Shown here: one piece after another, positions 42,201 to 54,200 of the stretch
Numbering within the stretch: the stretch's first letter is position 1
Layout of the letters: the number at the start of each line of letters is the position of its first letter
Assembly: GCA_002245135.1 (NCBI GenBank)
Contig: NGBS01000002.1
Location: forward strand, 186,001-250,000
DNA from: Proteromonas lacertae
Lineage: Eukaryota
Length of the DNA: 64,000 nucleotides
Direction of reading: 5' to 3'
Made by a program: the position numbers and the translations under genes
The notes under the pieces: generated by a model
Database searches by the model: none
What the model was told of the DNA's origin: nothing
Seen by the model: only the letters and a program-made list of their open reading frames with translations

Positions 42201-42485
42201 ATACGTAAATATATGCGTAACTTTATTATTCTTAAAATACTGTAGAGCTTGATCAAAGTTAACCCCATTCTTCTGACAAGTTGTATTAAATGCTACTAAC
42301 GAGTTTTCCGACAACTTAACGTCTATATTACCGAGAAAGTTCTTTATATCTACATCTGGATTAGGTGCTCCTGTATTATCAATCTCGTTCAAAAATCCTA
42401 TATTTGTCGTAGCAATAACAACTACATATAAAATTTCGATACAAAACAAAACTTTGTCAAACCTAAAACTATATCTATTAACCAT
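30224..42485 (-). CDS. Giant class C GPCR-like receptor with about nine tandem UrtA/AmiC-type periplasmic-binding modules (~3,850 aa)
   Basis: All ORF fragments join in frame via about 19 introns. Modules repeat the pattern V..SLSG..AI.EIN..GG..G, FYP..GE.C..NI, AAY.AV.LW and a linker CD. The C-terminus has 7 hydrophobic helices with KNKRVIK, C.LR..VKARKI, an ECL2 Cys, NEFLDS and FIPKF. Confidence 0.8.
30577..30632 (-). other. U12-type AT-AC intron (56 nt)
   Basis: ATATCTTTTTTT..TTTTCTTAAT..TTTTAC. Removal restores TM6 (FIVEFFFSLVLFALEF). An AT-AT acceptor 6 nt earlier is also in frame. Confidence 0.8.
32085..32140 (-). other. U12-type AT-AC intron (56 nt)
   Basis: ATATCTTTTTTT..TATCCTTAAT-CATTTTTAC. 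Removal gives DKENE-AEYYQNIV in frame. Confidence 0.88.
36993..37041 (-). other. U12-type intron with AT-AT termini (49 nt)
   Basis: ATATCTTTTT..TTTCCTTTAT..TTATAT. Removal gives FGLSNSEMRKAAIP, colinear with UrtA-type FGCWTSASRKAVLP. The nearby GT-AG alternatives are out of frame. Confidence 0.75.
39367..39419 (-). other. U12-type AT-AC intron (53 nt)
   Basis: ATATCTTTTTTT..TTTCTTAAT-TGATATAC. Removal gives CEANTIV-YSRTID in frame; I found no GT-AG solution. Confidence 0.85.
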
Positions 42486-42911
42486 AACTTTTAAAAAACG
42501 AAAAAAAACACTTCAAGCCTAAACTTGTTTTAACTGTTCGTTGTTTTTTAAATACCTTTTAAGTAAAACTTAAATAAATCAAATATATTTCTACTACATC
42601 AATGCCATTACTTATAACTGTAACACTGCTGAGGAACTATACTAAGAAATGTCATTCATTTAGATAATGAAGATTTGAAGTTATATATATTTAAATTATT
42701 AATGTAGCATTATATTTTTGATATTTTAGTTTGTGAATTTACAATTGAACTATATGAAAGAAATTATGTGACATTGAGGTGCTTTCTTTTTCAATTAGTT
42801 GCAAAAATAGAATAATGGATTTTATCTATTTGAAAATAATAGTGAAAGTAAGAAAATTGTATTTAACAAAAACACAATTAAAAGTGTCGCTTCATTTGTT
42901 TTTCATTTTTT

Positions 42912-44529
42912 ATGTTCACAGATTTAATAATTCCAGGTATAAATCCTTTCATTTTATTTTATTACATAATATTTAATAAAATATCACATTATATATCACC
43001 CTAGGGTTAATAAATTCATTTTGTGGTTTGGCTTATGGTTATAACAACGGTATTGTAAGTGGATTAAAAGTACAAATTATAAAATACACATATCTTCCAA
43101 ACGAACGTAATGAGGATTTATTATCTGTTTATTATGTATATATTTATTGATTTAAAAAATCATTTAGGGATTATATACATCAGCTACATTGTTTGGAATG
43201 GTAGTGGGAAGTACCTTTGGTATGTGGTTTGCAAACCGATTTGGTAGAAAGAAAAGTTTACTTATGTGTGGAATTATATTATTTATACTCCCAATACTGT
43301 TAGCAATAATTGAGAATTATTGGGCGGTTTTTGTAATAAGAATTATTTTGGGTTTTGCAATTGGTTTATCAACTTGTGTTGGTCCAATGTATGTGACAGA
43401 AACTGTTGAAACTAAGTATCGTGGAAGGTTAGGTAGTATGTATCCATTAATATTAATCTTTGGAATGACATTAGCGGTATTTTTATGAATTTATTTTTAT
43501 TGTTAATAGTATTTAGCTAATTATGCATTTGCTGAAGGAGAATACAATGAAAATATCCCATTTAAGAAATGGCAATGGTCAATACAATACGCAATAGGTG
43601 CAATAATTGGATTAGGTTTGTTAATAACATTAATATGGACAAAAGAAAGTGAAGTATGGTTAAACTCAAGAAAGCTAGAAAAAGAAGCAAAGAATGAAGT
43701 AAAAACTAATATAACAGTTAATTCAATCAATATGAAATTGACTTTAAAACAAAAAATAGGTTGGTACAGTTTAGCTGTTATGTTAGGAGTATTAGCTCAA
43801 TTCTGTGGAGCAAATGCAGTTGTATTTTATAGTACAAGCATATTGAATAAAGCTGGAATGTCAAATCCTTTATTATCTGTATTTTTAATCATTGGATGTT
43901 GGAATTTCTTATGTGTATGTTTAGAGATGTATATAGTTGGTAAATGCAAAAGAAGAACAATGATGGTATGTGGTACATTTGGTTTAACAATTGGTAATAT
44001 GTTATTAGGAATAAGTTTTGAAACTGATGTTACAGCTTTAGCTATTATTGGATTAATATTATATTTGATCACTTATGAAAATAGTATTGGGTCTTTATTC
44101 TATTTATTATCAAGTGAAATATTTCCAAGGGAAATAAGCTCATCTGGTTTAAGTATTGCTGTTAGTACATCAAATGTTGGTAATATATTAGTTTCATTTT
44201 TATTCCCAGTAGTTGAAAAGGAAATTGAATCTGGACCTTGTTTCTTTATTTTTACTGGATTTACTTTTCTTTGTACCATTGGTTGCTATTTCTTCTTACC
44301 TGAAAGCAGTGGTGATATTATGGAATTGAAATCAGCTCCTGTTTCTCCTACATCAGTACTTTCACCTGCATCTCCTATAACAGAGGTTGAAATGACTGAA
44401 AAAGTAGAAAAAGCCGAAAATTCAGAACAAATTAATCCAGTTACACCAGTTGGATCTTCTGATGCTGTTTCTAAAGAAGAAGAAATTGGACAAGCTTCTA
44501 AAACTGAGAAAATAGTAAAAGAGAATTAA
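42912..44529 (+). CDS. MFS sugar porter family transporter
   Basis: GLAYGYNNG, NRFGRKK, PMYVTE..RGRLG, QFCGANAVVFYS, SEIFP, FFLPES; three introns. Confidence 0.9.
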
Positions 44530-44706
44530 CTAGTAAATTATCATCTTATAAATAAATTTTGTTCATGCTATATTTCAATAATAACATAATAAAATAATAA
44601 AATTCTTACTACAACAGGAGATAAATCAATTTCAATCAAGATAAAACGGTCATATTATTCAAGCCAAGTTTTTCAACATTTTTTATTTTTATTTTTTTAA
44701 AGATAA

Positions 44707-45779
44707 ATGAAGATAGTTTTACTATTATATATATGCTTTATAATAACACAGGCTAGTGTCTGTCCACATTTATGCAGTGGACATGGCTCATGTATGAAAA
44801 ATGGAATTTGCCTGTGTTTTCCAGGTTGGCTAGAAGGCGATTGCTCACAACGTATATTTTTAAGTGTTATAAAATAATAGGATCTTGCCCATATGATCAT
44901 CCATACGTTGATCCGAAATATCAAATAAAAGACGAAGATAGATTGTTTTTAGAATGTAGTGGCCAAGGTGAATGCGATAGACGAACCGGATTATGTGAAT
45001 GTTATGAAGGTTATGAAGGAACAGCATGTCAGAGACAAAGTTGTCCAAATGACTGTAGTAATCATGGTGTATGTACTTCTGTCCATTTAATGAAAATTGA
45101 TAATAGTCACCATGAAGCAATGTCCTATGTAAGTGATTATAACAATTTGAATTATAATTATTGGGATATTGATCAAAGTTTTGCTTGTGTATGTGATAAA
45201 GAATATACTGGATATGACTGTAGCATGCGAAAATGCCCAATTGGATATATACCTACTAGTGATTGTGATACTCCTTCTCAATCTACACAAATATTAGAAT
45301 TTTCAAATTATTCAGATAATACAAAAGGAAGTACAGTTTATGTAGAATATATTGATAGTTTTGATAGAATTTGGTATACAGATCCAATCACAATAGATGA
45401 TGTAGAATCATGGAATTATGAATTAAATAGATTACCTGCTGGTGTAATAGATGTTGAAAATATAAATTGGAAAGCTGATGAAAAGAAATTAGAAATATTA
45501 TATGGCAAATATCAAACTGGAAGACAACCTGATTTTAAAATAATAACAAAAGAAATATTAAATGAACCACCTTATTCTCCTGCTAGTAAAGAAGCACCAG
45601 GATATCATGGTATGGTTTTAAGTTCAGTAACATACAGTGGAGATGTAAAATATAGGTCTGATGGTATTCCTGGATTAGTATGTAGTGGTAATGGTGTATG
45701 TGATGGTGAGAGTGGAATATGTGAGTGTTTCACAGGGTATTATGGTTTAGCTTGTACAGAACAATCCGAATTAATATAA
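44707..45779 (+). CDS. Secreted EGF-repeat protein resembling the stramenopile SIG/tubular mastigoneme family
   Basis: Signal peptide, CPHLCSGHG, ECSGQGECDRRTGLCECYEGYEGTACQRQSCPNDCSNHG, WD..CVCD..YTGYDCSMRKCP and a C-terminal EGF; one 29-nt intron. Confidence 0.72.
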
Positions 45780-45860
45780 TTATTTGTATTATATATAGAG
45801 TGTGTTGTTTTAATTCATTCATTTTCATAATAGAATTGACAAACAAAAAGCTTGATCATA

Positions 45861-47290
45861 ATGGGTATTTTTGTAATTTTCTAATTATGTAATAGAGTTA
45901 CCAGCTGGCCTTGTTGATAAAACACTCTATGAGGATATGCAGAAGCAGCTCAACAAGAGAGGGTTAAGTAGAGATGAAGAAGAAGAAATGGCGCGAAAAA
46001 GAGCCAAAATAGAAGGTATATAAGAATAATATATTATTAAAGATGATCGTGCAAATGCTCCAAATAAATCCCCTTTTGCTTTTAACTCGAATGAGATTAT
46101 AAGAATTCATATTGGTATTATTTAATTTATATCGTATATGTAGTGAAAAATGTAGAAGAATTTCATAATCAAGGTGGAATAACCTATAATCCAGAATTTT
46201 CTCACCAAATGTTTGATTCTGAAGTAATTGTCGGTTATTCAAACCCTAAAATAGACATATATTATAATGCATACACTCTTCAATCTCATTATACATTTAC
46301 ATACGATAGTTGTGTTGATCACATAGATTGTATATATATCCATAGTTATATCTCATATTCATAGTGGAAGAAAGTGACTTATTGCAAGATGACGTAAGAA
46401 AATGTATTTCATTAGGTTTAGCAGAAGACAATTGTACAAAAGAAGATTTTGAATTAAGTTTAACAAACCCACCCAAAGCCGAATTTGGTAATATCATTTA
46501 TGAAGGAAATTGTGGAAATGCATCCAACGATATCATTCAAATATCACGTTCAAATTTCCAAGATCCTAAAATAAAGTCGTTTCATGAAAGAGCTCAAAGA
46601 TTATCCTTTTGGGAGATAGAAGCTGCTTCACTAATTGAGTTAGATGATCCAAGATGGGAAGTGATCTATTTATATAATAAAACAGCTGATTTATTTATTG
46701 GTTACATAACATTATTTCATTTTTATTCACCCTTTAAACATATTCAGAATAATGATAATAATAGTGATAAACCTGAAATATTAAGAATCTGTCAAGCATT
46801 AATTATTCCCCCTTATCAACATAGAGGATATATGAAACAATGTTTTGACTTGTTATATGATATTGTTAAGAAGGAAGGCGCATATTGTGAAATTAATGTT
46901 GAATCTCCATCTGATCAATTCACTAATATGAGAGATTTGTATGATTTAAGTCAATTTTTTAATTTGATTAATGTGCCAAATGAACCAAATATGATTGAGA
47001 AAAATGACTTAGAGAAATATTATGTTGATTTTCATATTACTAAAAAACAGATTATTATGCTGTATGAAGTTAAGATGTTATATAACATTCAGGAAAAAGA
47101 GAATAATAGTAAAGTATTGGTTGATAAATATAGACATATGATCAAAAAGAGAATTTATAAAGAAAAGATTGATATGTTGAGAGAATCATCTAGAAATGAG
47201 AGAGTTGAGTGGTTGCAGAATGAATTTACATACATTTTAAATAATTACAGTAAGTTGTTGGAGAAATTGAAAGTAATTTTGAAATTATAA
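45861..47290 (+). CDS. HAT1: Histone acetyltransferase type B catalytic subunit
   Basis: PEFSHQMF..E.I.GY, FHERAQ..W.IEAAS.I..DD.RW, RICQALIIPPYQHRG, VESPS; four introns. Confidence 0.9.
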
Positions 47291-47385
47291 TTGTTTTGTT
47301 ATTATTATTTTCTATAACATTTTTACATTTGTTTTTGTTAATTCAATATATTCCAAAGAATAAAATAATATATAAAAACCAATAA

Positions 47386-48027
47386 TTATGGATATTCCAA
47401 TAATGCTGCTTTTCTTTCATCTTCATTCGTTATACTTCTTACTACACGACAAGGATTTCCTACTGCAACACAATCACTTGGAATATCTTTGCCAACTACA
47501 CTTCCACTACCAATTATTACTCTATCACCAACAGTAACACCTGGAGTAAATGTAACACTTCCACCAATTACACAATCCTCACCAATATTTATAGGCATAC
47601 CATATTCCCAACCATCTGCTCGTAATTTATAATCCATTGGATGATTTACATCATAAATACTAGTTCTTGGACCAAATGTGGTTCTATCACCTACTGTAAC
47701 TGGACATATATCCATTACGATTGAATCGGCATTAAAGTATACACCTTCACCGAAATGACAACGAAAACCATACTCAGTACGAATTGGTGGTTCTAAGTAA
47801 AAATTTGTCTTTGATGCAGGAAATATTTGATGTAGCAAATCCATTCGATATTCTTCTTCCTCATAATTAGCTCCATTATATCTCTTTACAAGCATTCTTA
47901 CATCAACAAATTCTTTGTGTATCTCAGGATCTACTGGACAAGAAGGGTTGTATAAATCTCCTGCTTCTAGTCTTTCTCTCTGTGTTCTTTTATCATTTGG
48001 ATCAACAGTTTTCTCTTTTGATGGCAT
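47386..48027 (-). CDS. Maltose/galactoside O-acetyltransferase (hexapeptide repeat)
   Basis: LEPPIRTEYG, left-handed beta-helix repeats, GSVVGKDIP..AVGNPC; intronless. Confidence 0.92.
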   Translation of the reverse strand: MPSKEKTVDPNDKRTQRERLEAGDLYNPSCPVDPEIHKEFVDVRMLVKRYNGANYEEEEYRMDLLHQIFPASKTNFYLEPPIRTEYGFRCHFGEGVYFNADSIVMDICPVTVGDRTTFGPRTSIYDVNHPMDYKLRADGWEYGMPINIGEDCVIGGSVTFTPGVTVGDRVIIGSGSVVGKDIPSDCVAVGNPCRVVRSITNEDERKAALLEYP

Positions 48028-48166
48028 ATTTTCGGAAGAATAAAGATCTTATTATTGTGTTTAGTTTTTGAAATATTAGATTGAAATATGTTTTTCTAAT
48101 TAAGAAGAATCTGTCTTTTTTTTAAGTATAAATACTTGGCTCGTGAATTGTGTCTCAATATTAAAA

Positions 48167-49441
48167 ATGCAATTAACAGCTAATAAAACAATATTTCTTT
48201 CAAAATTTGTTGGAAGTTTTGTTGGACTGTTTCTTGAGGGTATGCTAGATGTGGCAAATGGAGTTATATTACCTTTAATTAAGAAATATCATGGTTTTAA
48301 CTACAAATTTTATAGTCTCATGCTTACACTATCTGGAATATTTGGAATCACATTTTCATACATCACAGCTTTTGTTATTAAGAAGTTTGGCTACAGATAT
48401 TCCTATTTCTGTGCGTACATGTGTTATATTCTTGGATACCTTGGTTTTTATTATGTGGAAGCACCTGCTTTAATTGTAGTGAGTTATATTATTATTATAA
48501 TTGGTCAAAATTTTATTGATCTTTCTGCTAATTCTTTGGGTAGTGCAATATATATAAAATATGTAGCTATTATGTTTTCATTGTCTAATTGCATTTATGG
48601 AGTTGGTTCATTAGTAGGTCCTCCATTTATTCAATTATTAGAGAATACTCAAAAATCATGGTGTTATAAGGAGTATAGTTTAATGTTACTTATCCCAGTT
48701 GGTATATCATTTATTATATCAATCTTTACTCCCTATGATAAAGATACAGGATATGAAAGAAAGCCAGAAAATGCAAAACCATCTGAAGATGTAAAAACAG
48801 TAGAAAAGAGACTAACTTCTAAAGAAGTATTCTTTTCATCAAGAGCAATGTTAATGACAATTATTTTAGGACTGTTCACACTTTGTGAGAAATCAACAAC
48901 TGCATGGGGCTATTTATATGCAACTGAATATCTTCATCAAGATTCTACAATTGGTAATAATTATTTGACATACTTTTTTATGATTTTCACTATATCAAGA
49001 TTTGTCAATGGATTTATAACCGAGAAGATTGGTTTTTTCCCTATGTTGGAAATTATTGGAACAATGGTTTGTATTTTGTCATTAATAGGATTTAGTTTTA
49101 CAGAAGGAACAACAGGATTATATTTTTTAGCTAGTTGTGGCTATTTTGTTTCTACATTTTGGCCTTGTATGTTAGGTGTAATAATCGAAGTATATAAAGG
49201 CAATGCAGAAACAGCAACAGGATGTATATTACCAGGTCAAGGAGTAATGATAATGTTGGTTAATTCTGTTCTTGGAATAATCAATGATTCATTTGGAAAT
49301 CAATATGCTTATATGATTTCGATGGCTTTTTGTGCTGTTGCTTTGTCATTGACAATCTTCTTACATTGTATGGTATATTTAGAAAGAAAAGAAGAACAAA
49401 AGAAGAACAAAAATAACTTATTAACAAATGAAAATATATAA
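48167..49441 (+). CDS. MFS permease (FucP/MFSD4-like), intronless
   Basis: About 12 hydrophobic segments, YGVGSLVGP, E..TTAW, SRFVNG. Confidence 0.8.
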   Translation: MQLTANKTIFLSKFVGSFVGLFLEGMLDVANGVILPLIKKYHGFNYKFYSLMLTLSGIFGITFSYITAFVIKKFGYRYSYFCAYMCYILGYLGFYYVEAPALIVVSYIIIIIGQNFIDLSANSLGSAIYIKYVAIMFSLSNCIYGVGSLVGPPFIQLLENTQKSWCYKEYSLMLLIPVGISFIISIFTPYDKDTGYERKPENAKPSEDVKTVEKRLTSKEVFFSSRAMLMTIILGLFTLCEKSTTAWGYLYATEYLHQDSTIGNNYLTYFFMIFTISRFVNGFITEKIGFFPMLEIIGTMVCILSLIGFSFTEGTTGLYFLASCGYFVSTFWPCMLGVIIEVYKGNAETATGCILPGQGVMIMLVNSVLGIINDSFGNQYAYMISMAFCAVALSLTIFLHCMVYLERKEEQKKNKNNLLTNENI

Positions 49442-49526
49442 TAAAATTAATAAATTATAATATATTTATTTTATTGTTCAATTTCAAAAAAGAAATCATA
49501 AAATAGATTTAATTATTCTTATAAAG

Positions 49527-50138
49527 TTAACTACTAGCATATTCTGTAGCAGCTGCTTGTCTTTCTTCTGCACTTTTTATTTGTTTAATAACATGACAAG
49601 GGTTTCCAACAGCTACACAGTCACTTGGAATATCTTTACATACTACACTTCCACTTCCTATCACTGTTCTATCACCTACAGTAACACCAGCTACAAATAC
49701 TGTTGAACCACCTACAAAACAGTCTTCACCAACTGTTATTGGCTTACCTAACTCTAAACCACTGTTTCTTTCATTATGATCAATTGGGTGAGTTGCTGCA
49801 TAAAAACTAGCTCTTGGACCAAACCAACTTCTCGCACCTATTCTTATTGGACATATATCAAGGATAATAGCGTTATAATTCATATATGATCCTTCTCCAA
49901 AGTAACAATTATCACCATAATCAACATGAAGTGGTGGTTCGATATAAAATGGTTTTGGACAATTCGGGAATATTTCATGAAGTAATTTAATTCTATATTC
50001 TTCTTCACCTGGGTAAGTCTCATTAAACTTCTTAACTATTTTCCTGACTTCAATAAAACGTTTTCTAATCTCTGGATCAGTTGGGTCATAAAGCTCTCCT
50101 GCAATCATTTTTTCTCTTTCTGTTTTGGTTTCACTCAT
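49527..50138 (-). CDS. Maltose O-acetyltransferase
   Basis: MSETKTEREKMIAGELY, IEPPLHVDYG, ATHPID..RNSGLELGKPI. True start is ATG 50138 by comparison with the paralog. Confidence 0.93.
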   Translation of the reverse strand: MSETKTEREKMIAGELYDPTDPEIRKRFIEVRKIVKKFNETYPGEEEYRIKLLHEIFPNCPKPFYIEPPLHVDYGDNCYFGEGSYMNYNAIILDICPIRIGARSWFGPRASFYAATHPIDHNERNSGLELGKPITVGEDCFVGGSTVFVAGVTVGDRTVIGSGSVVCKDIPSDCVAVGNPCHVIKQIKSAEERQAAATEYASS

Positions 50139-50424
50139 TTTTGGATTTATATTTCTAAAATGACAAACTATTGGCTTGAGTAATTGTGTTTCAATTCTTA
50201 ACAAAAAAAAAGAAACACAAATAAGTGTTATTTATCTGCTACACTTAACTAGATGATATATTACTATTTAAAATCAACCATTTATTTTTTTCTGTTGATA
50301 TTTTAAGTGTTTATGACTTTATTAATACAAAAAATATAATGAAGTAAATGTTATGTCTTTTCAAATACAAAACATATTCTCTTATTATAATGAATACTAC
50401 TTTAAAAAGTGAATATTATTTTCA

Positions 50425-51036
50425 TTAACTACTAGCATATTGTTTAACAGCAGCTTGTTTATCGTCTGGATTATTTAAGTGTTTAATAACATGACAAGGG
50501 TTTCCAACAGCTACACAGTCACTTGGAATATCTTTACATACTACACTTCCACTTCCTATCACTGTTCTATCACCAACAGTAACACCAGCTACAAATACTG
50601 TTGAACCACCTACAAAACAGTCTTCACCAACTGTTATTGGCTTACCTAACTCTAAACCACTGTTTCTTTCATTATGATCAATTGGGTGAGTTGCTGCATA
50701 AAAACTAGCTCTTGGACCAAATAAAGTTCTTGCTCCTATTCTTATTGGGCAGACATCAAGTATTACAGCATCAAAATTCATGTATACACCTTCACCAAAG
50801 TAACAGTTCCAACCATAATCAACATGAAGTGGTGGTTCGATATAAAATGGTTTTGGACAATTAGGAAATATTTCATGAAGCAATTTATTCCTGTATTCTT
50901 CTTCATCAGGGTCAGTTGCGTTAAACTTCTTAACTATTTTCCTGACTGCAACATACTCCTTTCTTAGCGATGGCTCCATTGCATTATAAAGCTCTCCTGC
51001 AATCATCTTCTCTTTTTCTGTTTTGGTTTCACTCAT
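50425..51036 (-). CDS. Maltose O-acetyltransferase (tandem paralog)
   Basis: Same motifs; 3' half nearly identical in DNA to the 49527 copy. Confidence 0.93.
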   Translation of the reverse strand: MSETKTEKEKMIAGELYNAMEPSLRKEYVAVRKIVKKFNATDPDEEEYRNKLLHEIFPNCPKPFYIEPPLHVDYGWNCYFGEGVYMNFDAVILDVCPIRIGARTLFGPRASFYAATHPIDHNERNSGLELGKPITVGEDCFVGGSTVFVAGVTVGDRTVIGSGSVVCKDIPSDCVAVGNPCHVIKHLNNPDDKQAAVKQYASS

Positions 51037-51251
51037 TTTTGGATTATTAATTTTCTAAAATGACAAACTATTGGCTTGAATAATTGTGTTTTTGACTTTA
51101 CATTTTTAGATTTAACAAATTGGAACACAAATACAATTAAACATCATGCATTATTATAATACATTATTATTCATTTTTAATTATAACATCTCACGTAACT
51201 AAATAAATAATTTAAAATACACATAGAAAACACGTATGTATGTGTAGAACA

Positions 51252-54200
51252 CTATATATAAATAGTTTTTCTCTTGTTCATATTCACCACTGTTGGAGCT
51301 TTTCTTAATTTCTTTCTATTACTGTTATTATTCTTGATATTAATATTATTATTGTTTTCATCAGCATATGGAATATAGTATTTTATATCATATCTATTCT
51401 TTTTCCTTGAACTTAACCTATTTGCCTTTCCACATAAATATACAATAAATATAATCGAAACTACTGTTAATATGGAGAAAAAAGTAAACAAAAATGTTGA
51501 TAATTGTTTGTAAATGGAATCATAAAAGGATGGATTAAATTCAATTGTGTTTGTGAGGATATAATCATCAGTAGAACCTATATATTTATATGGAAATGAA
51601 ATATCATATAATATTGATAAAATTATCTCTTTAATAACATAATAATCTTTTTCTTTACATGTAAATTGAAATGACACTTTAGTTAAAATACTATTGTTAT
51701 TCTGTTCAGTTCCTATAAATGATGTTTCATTCAATAAATAATGACTGATGTCCAATAAATCAAAGAAATTAATTCTTCCTTTATATTTATCAGAAAAGAA
51801 ATATGAATCAATTGATGTTACAAATGAAACTACTACTACAGTTTCAAATGCATAATATGGCTCATGTTTGACTAAAAAACACTTTTCAGTAAAAGATGTT
51901 TCATCCCATTCTGGTATTCCTGTATAATTCACTTCATTTATTATACACATTTCAGATTTATAACCAAAATATCCATTCTCACATTGACGATAGGCTATTT
52001 CATCAACTAAAGTGGAATAAAAATATTCATTCTCATAACAAGAATGTGCTAATATTTCCAAGCAAACTTCTGTATCAATACACAGTACTTCATTACATCC
52101 TATTACTGTATAACAATTCAAATCCATTATTTCAGCTACTCTTCCATCTATTATACCATTATTTAAATTAAATGTTAAATTATGTGGAAGTGTCTTTGAA
52201 ATTGTCCAGTTTTTGATTGTGTTGTAATAAAGTGGGAAATTTCTTGGAGCATCAATTCCATATTCATAGATATAATACTCATAATTATATCTCAACGTAA
52301 ACGGTGGGTTTTTTATATTTATTGTCTTTTCTATATGTGGATTATAAAGATTTGGATCTATTTGAAATTCTGTTACATTTAATATATTTTTGAAAGATAA
52401 TTTTACATTAAAAGGATAATAAATATCATCATCTCCAACTACTATATACGGAAGTTCTTTTATATCAAATATAAACGTAGAATTTCCATCATCTATACAA
52501 TAATCAATTGAATTTGAACTATCATATATCATCTCATAGAAATACTGTTTATATTCATTTGAACTGTCCAATATTGTTGTACTTAATATGATATCATTAT
52601 AAAGATTAGATATTTCAATATTTAATGTTATTCCATGTCTGCATTCATCAATAACAAATGATACATTCTCTTTAATTTCACCCATTAAATTACTAGCTGT
52701 TACTGTGAAATTATTATAATCAAGTTGATATTTGGGAATTCCTAATAATTCACATTTGTTACCAAAATACATTCCAATTGGTAAAGATGGTGTTATATTA
52801 CAATGTTGAATAAAACCATAATTATAATCAATTTTATCTACTGATACATTACTATATGTTTCAAATATAAAGAATGAGGGTTTATTTGAATCTGTTCTAT
52901 TTAGATATAGTAATAAATAAGGTTCTGAAATCGTATGTAATTGTAAATGTAAATTAAAAGTGATATTATTATTATTATTATCACTATGTGAAATAGTAAA
53001 TTCAATGAAATGGTTATTTATAAGTTCTGTAACATTTTGATTAATTGGTATAACTTTTCCATATATAATTCCACAATCAGAATTAAAATTCAATCCTATT
53101 GGCAATTCTTGATCTATAGAATAATTACCATTATAACGCCTATTTGGCTTTAACACAATACTCTGATTGTATAACAAAGTTAAATACTCATATTCATATA
53201 GTAACAAATCTTTGTAATTGGCTTTTATAAAATAACTATCACAATCAATATATCCATTAAAAATACATTTTATTTTTTCCAATTGATTAATATGAGATAA
53301 AGTTATTACTATTTTAACATAATAATACTTTACTGAATTATCTAAATGTATTGAAAAATCTGTTGTTGAATGATTGGCTACATATGAATGTGATGGATTA
53401 ATATAAAATGAAAATGATTCAAATTCTCCATATAACCTTAATGAATATATAAAATATTCATTTATTAATAATGTATAATACTCTATCACTATTGGTGTAT
53501 CTATATATATCGGATTATCTATACTTAATACATTAGTACTATTCTTTATCAACTCTTTATTAAAGCTCTTTACAATTATATTATCATCATTAAAATCATA
53601 ATAACACCAATATAATGAATGATCTTTCTTATAAATTATCTTTGTACTGCTTAAGTGGGATTGTTTCTTTTAATTGATATATGATTGTTATATTAGTTGT
53701 TGATATAATATTATTATTGTCTAATCCACACACTTCAATCACATAATTCATTTTTTCATTCTCAACATTGTTGAATATCAATACACCTTCAATTACACCA
53801 TTATCTTTATTAAAACTCAAACCGTTTGGTAATTCTGGAAATATCTTAAAACACTTTATATATCCTAATCCTAGGATTATTGGTTGAATATTAATATATG
53901 TATTGTTCAGCAACATAACATGGTTATTATTTGGATATTTAATCATAATAGATAATAAATTAGTGGAAATAAATGTATCGTTTAATAATTGATAATTGCT
54001 ATCATCATTATTTTCATCATCTTCTTCTATTCTGTAATATAACTTTAACAATTCATGGTCATTTGTATTTCCAACATAATCAATATGAATGTAAACATTT
54101 CCTTTTGGTAAAAGTATTGATTTTTCCATACTATTATAAGTACATCCTTCATATTCCATAAATGCACAATCCAATGTGTTGATATACATCCTTGCTGAGT

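Noticed and set aside
47285..47300. Stop codons created by polyadenylation (known in Blastocystis), suggested by TGTTTTGTT right after HAT1 and TGTTTG-like motifs after other genes
   Set aside because: Every complete gene here already has a genomic stop codon; this cannot be shown without poly(A) reads.
47386..51036. Bacterial contamination or chimeric contig
   Set aside because: Composition matches the flanks, the upstream TCAAGCY motif is shared with host genes, and orientations are not operon-like.
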